From the sequence record NC_000866.4: a stretch of DNA of 64,000 nucleotides; one strand, 5' to 3'. The stretch is from Escherichia phage T4. Positions 14,187-24,658 of the stretch are shown piece by piece. How positions within the stretch are numbered: the first letter of the stretch is position 1; each line of letters starts with the position of its first letter. The translations under genes and the position numbers were made by a program. Under the pieces are notes generated by a model. It worked only from the letters and a program-made list of their open reading frames with translations. It was not told the DNA's origin and ran no database searches.

Positions 14187-15317
14187 TTATGGATAGGTAT
14201 AGATGATACCAGTTTCTAAAGCAGTTTTATGAATGATGTATCCATTACGCGATTCTTGGACATCAACTTCTGGATAGTCTTTCATCATCTTCTGGAGAGT
14301 GTAACGATGCAGGTAATATTTACTATCTGGGTCGTCAGTTTTCCAATCTTTACCTTCTTCGGTCATTTTTTGGATTTCATCCATAACCCACCAACCGCAC
14401 CAGATGTAAGCTGAGCTACGGTGTGGAAGAGGATGAACATAAGGTAATTCACCTTCTGGTTCTGGAGCAACTTTAGCCGTGACTGTTACATTACCAGTTT
14501 TGGTAACGGTTACAGGGTTATAATCTGCAGCAGTAACAGTTGCAGTAACTTCAATAGTTTGACTTCCAACAGATGAGGTATCGACAGTATATACGTTAGT
14601 TGACCCTTCTACAGGAGAAGAATCTTTCTTCCATGAGTAAGTAATTTGTGCTTCTTCTGGAGCACCCGTAACATTAGCCGTAAATGTAGCCGAAGCATCT
14701 TGCTGAACATTAATAGAAGGAGGAGTCAATGTAACCTGTGGATTCATTGTCTTCTTATTAACCGTTAATGATACTTCATTAGAAGTAACGCTTAGTGCAT
14801 CATAATCTGTCGCGGTTACTTGGGCTACGCATTTAATTCTTTTTACTCCACTTGTAGTTGGAGTATAGCTAAATGTAGAGTTAGTTTCTCCACCAACTTG
14901 TGAATCATCTACATACCACTGATACGTAGCAGATGCTCCATCAGGTTGAGAAGCTAAGGCAGCAGTAAATTGAACTGGGGTTCCAATCACTCCAGCCGCA
15001 GGACTAGCAGGAGTTACGGCTAAGGTAGTCGTCTGTGTCTTATTTTTAACTGTGATAGTTGTTGTCGCTTCAGCCGTTTCCGGGCCTCCTTCAGAAAGTG
15101 TATTTGTTGCAACTACTTTAATAGTCTTTTGACCGGCAGGTCCTTTTAGTACATAACTAAAAGTTGCTTCAGCTCCATCTTGTGGAACATTATCTACGCT
15201 CCAAGCATATGTAATAGTTCCGCCTCCAGTTTGACCACTGGGTGTAGCAGTAAACTGCTTAGTTTCATCAATAACCCCTGTAGGTGTTTTAGGAGTTATA
15301 TCAACTGTAAAAGTCAT
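14187..15317 (-). CDS. hoc: Head outer capsid protein with three tandem Ig-like repeats
   Basis: 376-aa ORF; repeated blocks TITYAWSVD / ATYQWYVDD / QITYSWKKD; T4 Hoc length. Confidence 0.94.
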   Translation of the reverse strand: MTFTVDITPKTPTGVIDETKQFTATPSGQTGGGTITYAWSVDNVPQDGAEATFSYVLKGPAGQKTIKVVATNTLSEGGPETAEATTTITVKNKTQTTTLAVTPASPAAGVIGTPVQFTAALASQPDGASATYQWYVDDSQVGGETNSTFSYTPTTSGVKRIKCVAQVTATDYDALSVTSNEVSLTVNKKTMNPQVTLTPPSINVQQDASATFTANVTGAPEEAQITYSWKKDSSPVEGSTNVYTVDTSSVGSQTIEVTATVTAADYNPVTVTKTGNVTVTAKVAPEPEGELPYVHPLPHRSSAYIWCGWWVMDEIQKMTEEGKDWKTDDPDSKYYLHRYTLQKMMKDYPEVDVQESRNGYIIHKTALETGIIYTYP

Positions 15318-15326
15318 AAGTTATCC

Positions 15327-16007
15327 TTATTTTAATGTTACGAAAGAAGAGTTGCGTGTTTCACGAATTAAAACTGATCCATCGCGATTAATGTAATAAA
15401 TTAAGCTAAATAAAGTTTGGTGTGCTGACGCATGTTCAAAACTAGTTGGGTGAGATTTCCAATCAGGAGTTTCAGCAATCCATTGATAAATCCACCAAGG
15501 AACAGTACAGAATCCTAGATTTTTTCCAATCAGTTGAAGATTCGGACTAAAGTTTTCCGGAAGAGTAAATACAGACGGCTTTTCAGATTCAATAATCTCA
15601 GCTACAGCCTGTTCGAATTTTTCTTCAACAAAAGGAGTATCTTCAATCAAAACATCGGTATTTTCAGGAATTTTATCCGTTTCTACTACTTCAATTTTAA
15701 TGTCAGATTTAATCGGAGAATCAATCAGAAGTGCTGCTTCTGGATTGACTTCTTCATCGTCATATTTTAATCCCTCTGCGGCATCAGCAGCATCAATTAA
15801 GTCTTTAATAGATAACCCATCAGTCTCTGGCATAGGTTCACTAGCGAGCTTCTGGAGGGCTTCTTCAATATCAACAACGATATTATCAAAAGATTTATTC
15901 TTTTTGACCTTTATACCAAACTGTTCAGCATATTCAGCTAATTTAGCTTTAGCTTCTTTGTTATCATCAAGAGCCTTCAGCTCTGCAATATAATCTTTAT
16001 CTATCAT
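15327..16007 (-). CDS. inh: Inhibitor of prohead protease
   Basis: 226-aa acidic ORF adjacent to hoc; T4 inh position and length. Confidence 0.85.
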   Translation of the reverse strand: MIDKDYIAELKALDDNKEAKAKLAEYAEQFGIKVKKNKSFDNIVVDIEEALQKLASEPMPETDGLSIKDLIDAADAAEGLKYDDEEVNPEAALLIDSPIKSDIKIEVVETDKIPENTDVLIEDTPFVEEKFEQAVAEIIESEKPSVFTLPENFSPNLQLIGKNLGFCTVPWWIYQWIAETPDWKSHPTSFEHASAHQTLFSLIYYINRDGSVLIRETRNSSFVTLK

Positions 16008-16020
16008 AATATTTCCTCAG

Positions 16021-16028
16021 TATAAATA
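16021..16028 (+). promoter_or_regulatory. Late-promoter motif TATAAATA upstream of segE
   Basis: Exact TATAAATA 29 nt upstream of the segE ATG, in the inh-segE intergenic region. Confidence 0.5.
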
Positions 16029-16056
16029 TAGATATATTTATTACTCGGAAAATAGT

Positions 16057-16674
16057 ATGTACCACTTTGTATATGAAACAACAAATCTAATAAATGGTAA
16101 AAAGTATATAGGAAAGCACTCTACTGATGACTTGAATGATGGTTACCTTGGTTCCGGTAAGGCAATTCAGCAGGCTATAAAGAAATATGGTGAAAACAAT
16201 TTCTCTAGAACAATACTAAAAGAGTTTAAAACTTCCGAAGAAGCGTACATGTATGAAGAAGAAATTATAACTCCTGAACTAATAAAAAGCAAAAATTATT
16301 ATAATATGAAACCTGGTGGAATTGGTGGAATTGTTATGACTACAGATGTTATAGCAAAGATGAAAGAATCTTCCGCTAAAAGATTTGAAAACTCACCGGG
16401 CACGGTATTAGGTAAAACTTGTTATACTAATGGAACTAAAAATATTTTTATTAAACCTGGAGAACTTGTTCCAGAAGGATTTGTAAAAGGGATGGTTCAT
16501 CCTAATAGAAAGTCCAGAAAAGGATGTAAAGTCAAACCGACTACCACAGGAACTTTTTGGGTCAATAATGGCGCAATAAATAAATTAATACAACCAGACG
16601 GTATTATTCCCGACGGATTTATTAAAGGTCGTCTCATGAAAAGAGATTCTAAAGGCAAATTTAGTAAGGCATAA
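16057..16674 (+). CDS. segE: GIY-YIG homing endonuclease
   Basis: GIY-YIG motif (FVYETTNLINGKKYIG); 205 aa; between inh and uvsW as T4 segE. Confidence 0.88.
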   Translation: MYHFVYETTNLINGKKYIGKHSTDDLNDGYLGSGKAIQQAIKKYGENNFSRTILKEFKTSEEAYMYEEEIITPELIKSKNYYNMKPGGIGGIVMTTDVIAKMKESSAKRFENSPGTVLGKTCYTNGTKNIFIKPGELVPEGFVKGMVHPNRKSRKGCKVKPTTTGTFWVNNGAINKLIQPDGIIPDGFIKGRLMKRDSKGKFSKA

Positions 16675-16676
16675 TT

Positions 16677-18440
16677 ATGGATATTAAAGTACATTTTCAC
16701 GACTTCAGTCATGTACGCATCGATTGTGAAGAGAGCACGTTCCACGAATTAAGAGATTTCTTTTCGTTTGAGGCCGATGGATATAGATTTAATCCTCGCT
16801 TCAGATATGGCAACTGGGATGGACGAATCCGTCTTTTAGATTATAATCGTCTTCTTCCATTCGGCTTAGTCGGGCAAATTAAAAAATTCTGTGATAATTT
16901 TGGCTATAAAGCCTGGATTGACCCACAAATTAACGAAAAAGAAGAATTATCAAGAAAAGATTTTGATGAATGGCTTTCTAAATTAGAAATCTATTCAGGA
17001 AATAAAAGAATTGAACCGCACTGGTATCAAAAAGATGCAGTGTTCGAAGGATTAGTTAATCGTCGTAGAATTCTTAATCTTCCAACATCTGCAGGTAAAT
17101 CTTTAATTCAAGCTTTGCTTGCGCGATATTATTTGGAAAATTATGAAGGTAAAATTCTTATCATTGTTCCAACAACTGCTCTGACAACTCAGATGGCTGA
17201 TGACTTCGTCGACTATCGTTTATTCAGCCATGCAATGATAAAGAAAATTGGTGGCGGAGCATCAAAAGATGATAAATATAAAAATGATGCACCAGTCGTT
17301 GTTGGTACATGGCAAACTGTAGTAAAACAACCGAAAGAATGGTTCTCACAGTTTGGAATGATGATGAATGATGAATGCCATCTTGCTACAGGAAAAAGTA
17401 TTTCATCTATCATATCAGGTTTAAATAACTGCATGTTCAAATTCGGTTTGTCTGGTTCATTACGTGATGGCAAAGCCAATATCATGCAGTATGTTGGAAT
17501 GTTTGGTGAAATATTTAAACCAGTAACGACTTCTAAATTAATGGAAGATGGACAAGTAACTGAGCTAAAAATTAATAGTATTTTTCTTCGCTATCCCGAT
17601 GAGTTCACTACTAAATTAAAGGGAAAAACTTACCAAGAAGAAATAAAAATTATTACTGGGCTTAGTAAAAGAAATAAATGGATCGCTAAATTAGCTATTA
17701 AGCTTGCGCAAAAAGATGAAAACGCTTTTGTCATGTTTAAACATGTATCGCATGGTAAAGCTATTTTCGATTTAATTAAAAATGAATACGATAAAGTTTA
17801 TTACGTATCAGGGGAAGTTGATACCGAAACCCGCAATATAATGAAAACCTTAGCTGAAAATGGTAAAGGAATAATTATAGTAGCTAGTTATGGTGTATTT
17901 TCTACTGGTATTTCAGTTAAAAATCTGCATCACGTTGTTTTAGCGCACGGTGTTAAATCAAAAATCATTGTATTACAAACAATCGGTCGTGTATTACGTA
18001 AGCATGGTTCTAAGACAATAGCAACAGTCTGGGACCTCATAGATAGCGCAGGCGTCAAGCCAAAATCTGCTAATACGAAAAAGAAATATGTTCATTTGAA
18101 CTATCTTTTAAAACACGGCATTGATCGTATTCAGCGCTACGCAGATGAAAAATTTAATTACGTAATGAAAACAGTTAATTTAATAAGCTTCGGCCCTTTG
18201 GAGAAAAAGATGTTACTAGAATTTAAACAATTTCTTTATGAAGCTTCTATTGATGAATTTATGGGTAAAATTGCCTCTTGTCAAACATTAGAAGGTTTAG
18301 AAGAACTTGAAGCTTATTATAAGAAAAGAGTCAAAGAAACTGAATTAAAAGATACTGATGACATCTCTGTGAGAGATGCTTTGGCAGGAAAAAGAGCTGA
18401 ATTAGAAGATTCAGACGATGAAGTAGAAGAAAGCTTTTAA
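16677..18440 (+). CDS. uvsW: SF2 DNA/RNA helicase
   Basis: 587-aa ORF with Walker A (PTSAGKS) and DECH box; matches full-length T4 UvsW. Confidence 0.94.
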   Translation: MDIKVHFHDFSHVRIDCEESTFHELRDFFSFEADGYRFNPRFRYGNWDGRIRLLDYNRLLPFGLVGQIKKFCDNFGYKAWIDPQINEKEELSRKDFDEWLSKLEIYSGNKRIEPHWYQKDAVFEGLVNRRRILNLPTSAGKSLIQALLARYYLENYEGKILIIVPTTALTTQMADDFVDYRLFSHAMIKKIGGGASKDDKYKNDAPVVVGTWQTVVKQPKEWFSQFGMMMNDECHLATGKSISSIISGLNNCMFKFGLSGSLRDGKANIMQYVGMFGEIFKPVTTSKLMEDGQVTELKINSIFLRYPDEFTTKLKGKTYQEEIKIITGLSKRNKWIAKLAIKLAQKDENAFVMFKHVSHGKAIFDLIKNEYDKVYYVSGEVDTETRNIMKTLAENGKGIIIVASYGVFSTGISVKNLHHVVLAHGVKSKIIVLQTIGRVLRKHGSKTIATVWDLIDSAGVKPKSANTKKKYVHLNYLLKHGIDRIQRYADEKFNYVMKTVNLISFGPLEKKMLLEFKQFLYEASIDEFMGKIASCQTLEGLEELEAYYKKRVKETELKDTDDISVRDALAGKRAELEDSDDEVEESF

Positions 18441-18472
18441 ATTAAAAAAGGCCCAACCAAAAAGGAAGGGCC
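18440..18472 (-). terminator. Terminator-like hairpin after the small ORF downstream of uvsY
   Basis: Minus strand GGCCC...GGGCC stem with 13-nt loop followed by UUUUUUAAUUU. Confidence 0.5.
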
Positions 18473-18495
18473 AAAACTATAGACTAAAGGTCACA

Positions 18496-18663
18496 CTATA
18501 GCAAAAGTTGTGTTTCATTTAATTGTTCTTCCGAACTTTCTGAAACTGGTAGTTCTTTAATGTAATTATAGCAAGGCCCAGGATGTACAGGACCTTTGTC
18601 TGTTTCAACAACCAATGCAGAATCGATTGGAGTTTTACAGACAACACAAATCTTATCTGACAT
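18496..18663 (-). CDS. Small Cys-containing protein (55 aa), uvsY.-2-like by position
   Basis: ATG-initiated ORF below the ORF-track cutoff, translated by hand (MSDKICVVCKTPIDSALVVETDKGPVHPGPC...); followed on the minus strand by a hairpin and U-tract. Confidence 0.5.
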   Translation of the reverse strand: MSDKICVVCKTPIDSALVVETDKGPVHPGPCYNYIKELPVSESSEEQLNETQLLL

Positions 18664-18689
18664 GATTGTCTCCTCTGAATTATATCTAT

Positions 18690-18914
18690 TTATACAACTC
18701 TCATATGCATATCAATGCCCATATCTTTAGAATAAAAATATTCATCAAGATATCCGGCAAATTTTCCTTTAATATAAAGGACATCTTCACCACACGGGTG
18801 GTCGGCCAGGATACGAATATCCTGACGCTTAAGATTATGCTTTTTCATTAAGAATTGAATTTCCGTTTCAAATTCTTCTTCATAATTAAAAGCATCATCA
18901 ATGCTATATCTCAT
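18690..18914 (-). CDS. uvsY.-1: Hypothetical protein
   Basis: 74-aa ORF immediately downstream of uvsY on the minus strand with overlapping stop/start; name by synteny. Confidence 0.7.
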   Translation of the reverse strand: MRYSIDDAFNYEEEFETEIQFLMKKHNLKRQDIRILADHPCGEDVLYIKGKFAGYLDEYFYSKDMGIDMHMRVV

Positions 18915-19327
18915 TATTTTCCAGCCTCAAATGCTCGCATGTCTTGAATATGCTTAATAGCAAATCCACGTGATTTAATAGCATCAAGAGCTCCGCTACA
19001 GAAATCTAATAAAATCCCCCAATACTGCAACGAGGTATCAACCTTTAAAACATCCTTATCCGCTGATAGAACTGTCTTCATTTCTGATTTCTCGTAACGA
19101 TCCATACTAAATTCATCACCATCTCCTCGTCCCGAGTAGTAGTCTAATCTAGCTTTAAGAGCAACTTTTTTCTGTGCTTCAATTCTAAGCATTTCCTTTT
19201 TAATACTTGAATGCTTATTAAGCCATTTACTATATAACATCACATTATTAGCTGCTTCATACTGTAATTTAGTCGAATCTATAAACACATCTTTCTTCAA
19301 TTCTTCTTGAAGATCTTCTAATCTCAT
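18914..19327 (-). CDS. uvsY: Recombination mediator protein
   Basis: 137-aa ORF beginning MRLEDLQEEL, recognised as T4 UvsY; MotA-type middle promoter upstream. Confidence 0.95.
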   Translation of the reverse strand: MRLEDLQEELKKDVFIDSTKLQYEAANNVMLYSKWLNKHSSIKKEMLRIEAQKKVALKARLDYYSGRGDGDEFSMDRYEKSEMKTVLSADKDVLKVDTSLQYWGILLDFCSGALDAIKSRGFAIKHIQDMRAFEAGK

Positions 19328-19377
19328 ATTGTTCTCTATTCAATTGTTATTGGTTGTTATTGGATGGACTTAGATTC

Positions 19378-19405
19378 ATTATACCACGTTTTAACGTGAA
19401 GCATT
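19378..19405 (-). promoter_or_regulatory. MotA-dependent middle promoter for uvsY
   Basis: Minus strand AATGCTTCA (MotA box) - 13 nt - TATAAT, about 50 nt upstream of the uvsY ATG. Confidence 0.65.
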
Positions 19406-19802
19406 ATACTCTATTACTGGAAGCCAGCTGCAGTTTTATCTGCTCAATATCATCAGGATTATCGATGACCGAAAAGCGTATTTCTACTATCAGAGTATAA
19501 TCGTCATAAACGGGTATCACATTAACTGCTAATTTATCAATACGTGGCTCATAGTTTCTTACTGCGCTTTCGATATTGCGTTCAACCGTGTCAGCAGTAA
19601 GAGGAGTCATATTTTCAAAAAGCTGGTCTGATAAATCACATCCAAATTCAGGGTCAAACGGTCTTGAACCTTTTCTTGTTGTAATAATTCCCAAAAGACT
19701 GTTTTTAATTGACCTTAATCCAAGCGATCTGGAAACGTCTTTGTTCCAATCCATTTTCATTTCCGGGTCAATATCAGAATAAAGCTTATTAATATTTGCC
19801 AT
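19404..19802 (-). CDS. 25: Baseplate wedge protein
   Basis: 132-aa ORF; T4 gp25 length and position. Confidence 0.92.
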   Translation of the reverse strand: MANINKLYSDIDPEMKMDWNKDVSRSLGLRSIKNSLLGIITTRKGSRPFDPEFGCDLSDQLFENMTPLTADTVERNIESAVRNYEPRIDKLAVNVIPVYDDYTLIVEIRFSVIDNPDDIEQIKLQLASSNRV

Positions 19803-20428
19803 TATAGTAACTCAAAGAACTCTTTGAGGCCTCTTATTACGTGAGCATGGGTTTTTCCACACTCTGGACACTTAATTGGAACAGCCAAATAAACGGTAGG
19901 CTTTAAAAGCATATCTTTTATAGCTACAATATCTGACTCTGTGATGATAGAATATAAATCTTCTAGTTCCTTTTCATTTAAGTCTTCAACTGGAATGCTT
20001 TCCCCGTTAGCATGAATCGTTTCTATACATGATACTATCATGTGGGCTATATTTTTATCATCAAAAATTTTAGGGTATCGGAATTTAATTTTAATGTCAC
20101 CTAGTGTATACCAGAGGTCTTCTGGTGCATCTATTTGTGTATGTAATAGATTTATATGGGTTGGTATTTCAGTTCCACAGGTGCACTTCCAGGAGTTTTC
20201 GTGATTAACTTCACCGAGAGAATGTGCCCATAAATGAATCAACAATAGTTCTGATTCTTGGCGGTTTAAATCTTTTGCATTTGTGCAGTCTTTGATTAGC
20301 TTTTTAACAATTACTTCTACGGAACCATTATTTTTGGCAGTAATAAGTTCTAGATATTCTTTAAGCGTGAATGCGCGACAATTGATTATTTTAGAACCAA
20401 CTCTCACATCAAATTTGTATTCATACAT
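19802..20428 (-). CDS. 26: Baseplate hub protein
   Basis: 208-aa ORF; T4 gp26 length and position; TATAAATA on minus strand upstream. Confidence 0.9.
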   Translation of the reverse strand: MYEYKFDVRVGSKIINCRAFTLKEYLELITAKNNGSVEVIVKKLIKDCTNAKDLNRQESELLLIHLWAHSLGEVNHENSWKCTCGTEIPTHINLLHTQIDAPEDLWYTLGDIKIKFRYPKIFDDKNIAHMIVSCIETIHANGESIPVEDLNEKELEDLYSIITESDIVAIKDMLLKPTVYLAVPIKCPECGKTHAHVIRGLKEFFELL

Positions 20429-20449
20429 ATTTAGCTCCTTTATTTATCA

Positions 20450-20461
20450 TATTTATAAATA
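20450..20461. promoter_or_regulatory. Overlapping divergent late promoters for gene 26 (minus) and gene 51 (plus)
   Basis: TATTTATAAATA reads TATAAATA on both strands (plus 20454-20461, minus 20450-20457), about 20 nt from each ATG. Confidence 0.6.
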
Positions 20462-20478
20462 GAATAAAAGGAGCATCT

Positions 20479-21228
20479 ATGGCAAACATTATTCGTTGTA
20501 AATTACCAGATGGTGTTCATCGTTTTAAACCATTTACGGTAGAAGATTATCGAGATTTTTTGTTAGTTCGAAACGATATAGAACATCGGTCACCACAAGA
20601 ACAAAAGCAAATAATTACTGATTTAATTGATGATTATTTTGGAGACTATCCGAAGACTTGGCAACCATTTATATTTTTGCAGGTATTTGTAGGGTCAATA
20701 GGTAAAACTAAAAGTACGGTCACATTTATATGTCCAAAATGTAAAAAAGAAAAGACAGTTCCATTTGAAATATATCAAAAAGAATTAAAGGACCTTGTTT
20801 TTGATGTAGCTAATGTTAAAATTAAATTAAAGTTTCCTTCTGAGTTTTATGAAAATAAAGCAAAGATGATTACTGAAAATATTCATTCTGTTCAAGTAGA
20901 TGAAATATGGTATGATTGGAAGGAAATTAGCGAGTCCAGTCAAATAGAACTAGTTGACGCCATCGAGATAGAAACATTAGAAAAAATTCTCGATGCAATG
21001 AATCCTATTAATTTAACTCTACACATGTCATGCTGTAATAAGTACATTAAAAAATACACTGATATAGTAGACGTGTTTAAGCTATTAGTTAACCCAGATG
21101 AGATATTTACTTTTTATCAAATTAATCACACACTCGTAAAAAGTAATTATAGCTTAAATTCAATAAGTAAAATGATTCCTGCCGAGCGCGGATTCGTATT
21201 AAAACTGATTGAGAAGGATAAACAATAA
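20479..21228 (+). CDS. 51: Baseplate hub assembly protein
   Basis: 249-aa ORF; TATAAATA at 20454-20461; T4 gp51 length. Confidence 0.92.
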
Positions 21229-22403
21229 TGAGTATGTTGCAACGCCCCGGATATCCAAATCTCAGCGTTAAATTATTTGATAGCTACGACGCTTGGAGTA
21301 ATAATAGATTTGTTGAATTAGCTGCTACTATTACCACATTAACTATGCGGGATTCTCTTTATGGCCGAAATGAAGGAATGCTGCAGTTTTATGATTCTAA
21401 AAACATCCATACAAAAATGGATGGAAATGAAATAATTCAGATTTCTGTAGCTAATGCAAATGATATTAATAATGTTAAAACACGAATTTATGGATGTAAG
21501 CATTTTTCCGTGTCAGTAGATTCAAAAGGTGATAACATCATTGCTATTGAATTGGGAACTATTCATTCTATAGAAAATCTTAAATTTGGTAGACCATTTT
21601 TCCCTGATGCAGGTGAATCTATAAAAGAAATGCTTGGTGTCATTTATCAGGATCGCACATTATTAACTCCAGCAATAAATGCTATAAATGCTTATGTTCC
21701 TGATATTCCATGGACTAGCACATTTGAAAACTATTTGTCATATGTAAGAGAAGTTGCTCTAGCTGTAGGAAGCGACAAATTTGTATTTGTATGGCAAGAC
21801 ATCATGGGCGTTAACATGATGGACTATGATATGATGATAAATCAAGAACCATATCCAATGATTGTCGGTGAGCCATCTTTAATAGGTCAATTCATCCAAG
21901 AATTAAAATATCCATTAGCATATGATTTCGTTTGGTTGACTAAATCGAATCCTCACAAACGTGACCCAATGAAAAACGCTACTATCTATGCGCATTCATT
22001 TTTAGATTCTTCAATACCAATGATTACTACAGGAAAGGGTGAAAACTCTATTGTGGTGTCAAGGTCAGGTGCTTATTCTGAAATGACTTATAGGAATGGA
22101 TATGAAGAAGCTATTCGTCTTCAAACTATGGCACAATATGACGGCTATGCTAAATGTTCTACTATCGGTAATTTTAACTTGACTCCTGGTGTTAAAATTA
22201 TTTTTAATGATAGTAAAAACCAATTTAAAACAGAATTTTACGTTGATGAAGTTATCCATGAATTATCCAATAATAATTCAGTAACTCATCTATATATGTT
22301 CACTAATGCAACGAAACTGGAAACAATAGACCCAGTTAAGGTTAAAAATGAATTTAAATCTGATACTACCACTGAAGAAAGTAGTTCTTCCAATAAGCAA
22401 TAA
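21228..22403 (+). CDS. 27: Baseplate hub protein
   Basis: 391-aa ORF; T4 gp27 length and position. Confidence 0.93.
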
Positions 22404-22881
22404 AGAAGTTTCTATTCCTAAAATGGGTCTTAAACATTATAACATTTTAAAAGATGTTAAAGGTCCTGATGAAAATTTAAAACTTCTCATTGATTCTATT
22501 TGTCCGAATTTATCACCGGCAGAAGTTGATTTCGTTTCTATTCATTTATTGGAATTTAATGGAAAGATTAAATCTCGTAAAGAAATAGATGGTTATACTT
22601 ATGACATTAATGATGTTTATGTATGCCAAAGATTGGAATTTCAATACCAAGGAAATACATTTTATTTTAGACCTCCTGGAAAATTTGAACAATTTTTAAC
22701 GGTGAGCGATATGTTATCTAAATGCTTACTTAGGGTCAACGATGAAGTTAAAGAAATTAATTTTCTTGAGATGCCAGCATTCGTTTTAAAATGGGCAAAT
22801 GATATTTTTACAACTTTAGCAATTCCTGGCCCTAATGGTCCAATAACTGGAATTGGCAATATTATTGGATTATTTGAATGA
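22348..22881 (+). CDS. 28: Baseplate hub distal subunit
   Basis: 177-aa ORF overlapping the 3' end of gene 27; T4 gp28 length. Confidence 0.9.
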
Positions 22882-24650
22882 AAAAGCCACAAGAAATGCA
22901 AACGATGCGTAGAAAAGTTATTTCAGATAATAAACCAACACAGGAAGCGGCTAAATCCGCTTCTAATACTTTATCTGGGCTTAATGACATATCTACGAAA
23001 TTGGATGATGCTCAAGCTGCTTCTGAATTAATAGCTCAAACTGTCGAAGAAAAATCGAATGAAATAATTGGAGCAATTGACAATGTAGAAAGCGCAGTGA
23101 GTGATACATCTGCCGGTTCTGAGTTAATTGCTGAAACTGTCGAAATTGGCAACAATATTAATAAAGAAATCGGTGAATCGCTCGGAAGCAAATTAGATAA
23201 ATTAACAAGTTTACTAGAGCAAAAAATCCAGACAGCTGGAATTCAACAGACTGGAACTAGTTTAGCTACGGTTGAAAGCGCTATTCCTGTTAAAGTCGTT
23301 GAGGATGATACTGCTGAATCTGTGGGTCCTTTATTACCAGCTCCTGAAGCAGTTAATAATGATCCTGACGCTGATTTTTTCCCTACCCCTCAGCCAGTTG
23401 AGCCAAAGCAAGAATCACCAGAAGAAAAACAGAAAAAAGAAGCATTTAACTTAAAATTATCTCAAGCTTTAGATAAATTAACGAAGACTGTTGATTTTGG
23501 ATTTAAAAAATCCATTTCAATTACTGATAAAATATCAAGCATGCTATTTAAGTACACCGTCAGTGCTGCTATTGAAGCTGCTAAAATGACTGCAATGATA
23601 TTGGCTGTTGTTGTTGGAATAGACCTTTTGATGATTCACTTTAAATACTGGTCAGATAAATTTTCAAAAGCCTGGGATTTGTTTAGTACAGACTTTACCA
23701 AATTCTCTAGCGAAACCGGAACTTGGGGTCCTTTATTACAGAGCATCTTTGATTCTATTGATAAAATTAAACAACTTTGGGAAGCGGGAGATTGGGGTGG
23801 ATTGACAGTAGCTATTGTTGAAGGGCTTGGAAAGGTTCTTTTTAATTTAGGTGAACTTATTCAATTAGGTATGGCTAAATTATCTGCAGCAATTCTTCGA
23901 GTCATTCCTGGTATGAAGGATACTGCTGATGAAGTAGAAGGAAGAGCATTAGAAAATTTCCAAAATTCTACTGGAGCATCTCTCAATAAAGAAGACCAAG
24001 AAAAAGTAGCAAATTATCAAGATAAACGAATGAATGGAGACCTTGGCCCAATAGCAGAAGGACTAGACAAAATCTCTAACTGGAAAACTCGTGCATCTAA
24101 CTGGATTCGTGGTGTAGATAATAAAGAAGCGCTGACTACCGACGAAGAGCGTGCGGCAGAAGAAGAAAAATTAAAGCAACTTTCACCGGAAGAAAGAAAA
24201 AATGCTTTAATGAAGGCTAATGAAGCTCGTGCTGCGATGATTCGTTTTGAAAAATATGCCGATTCAGCTGATATGAGTAAAGACTCAACGGTTAAATCAG
24301 TTGAAGCTGCCTATGAAGACCTTAAAAAACGGATGGATGACCCGGATTTAAATAATTCACCGGCAGTTAAAAAAGAACTTGCTGCTAGATTTTCTAAAAT
24401 TGATGCTACTTATCAAGAGCTCAAGAAAAATCAGCCTAATGCCAAACCTGAAACTTCTGCTAAATCACCAGAAGCGAAACAAGTCCAGGTGATTGAAAAG
24501 AACAAAGCACAGCAAGCTCCTGTTCAACAAGCATCTCCTTCGATCAATAATACTAATAATGTTATTAAGAAAAATACTGTCGTTCATAATATGACACCTG
24601 TAACGAGCACGACTGCTCCTGGTGTATTTGATGCGACTGGAGTTAATTAA
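22878..24650 (+). CDS. 29: Baseplate hub / tail length determinator
   Basis: 590-aa ORF with extended helical/coiled regions; T4 gp29 length. Confidence 0.93.
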   Translation: MKKPQEMQTMRRKVISDNKPTQEAAKSASNTLSGLNDISTKLDDAQAASELIAQTVEEKSNEIIGAIDNVESAVSDTSAGSELIAETVEIGNNINKEIGESLGSKLDKLTSLLEQKIQTAGIQQTGTSLATVESAIPVKVVEDDTAESVGPLLPAPEAVNNDPDADFFPTPQPVEPKQESPEEKQKKEAFNLKLSQALDKLTKTVDFGFKKSISITDKISSMLFKYTVSAAIEAAKMTAMILAVVVGIDLLMIHFKYWSDKFSKAWDLFSTDFTKFSSETGTWGPLLQSIFDSIDKIKQLWEAGDWGGLTVAIVEGLGKVLFNLGELIQLGMAKLSAAILRVIPGMKDTADEVEGRALENFQNSTGASLNKEDQEKVANYQDKRMNGDLGPIAEGLDKISNWKTRASNWIRGVDNKEALTTDEERAAEEEKLKQLSPEERKNALMKANEARAAMIRFEKYADSADMSKDSTVKSVEAAYEDLKKRMDDPDLNNSPAVKKELAARFSKIDATYQELKKNQPNAKPETSAKSPEAKQVQVIEKNKAQQAPVQQASPSINNTNNVIKKNTVVHNMTPVTSTTAPGVFDATGVN

Positions 24651-24658
24651 GGAATAAT

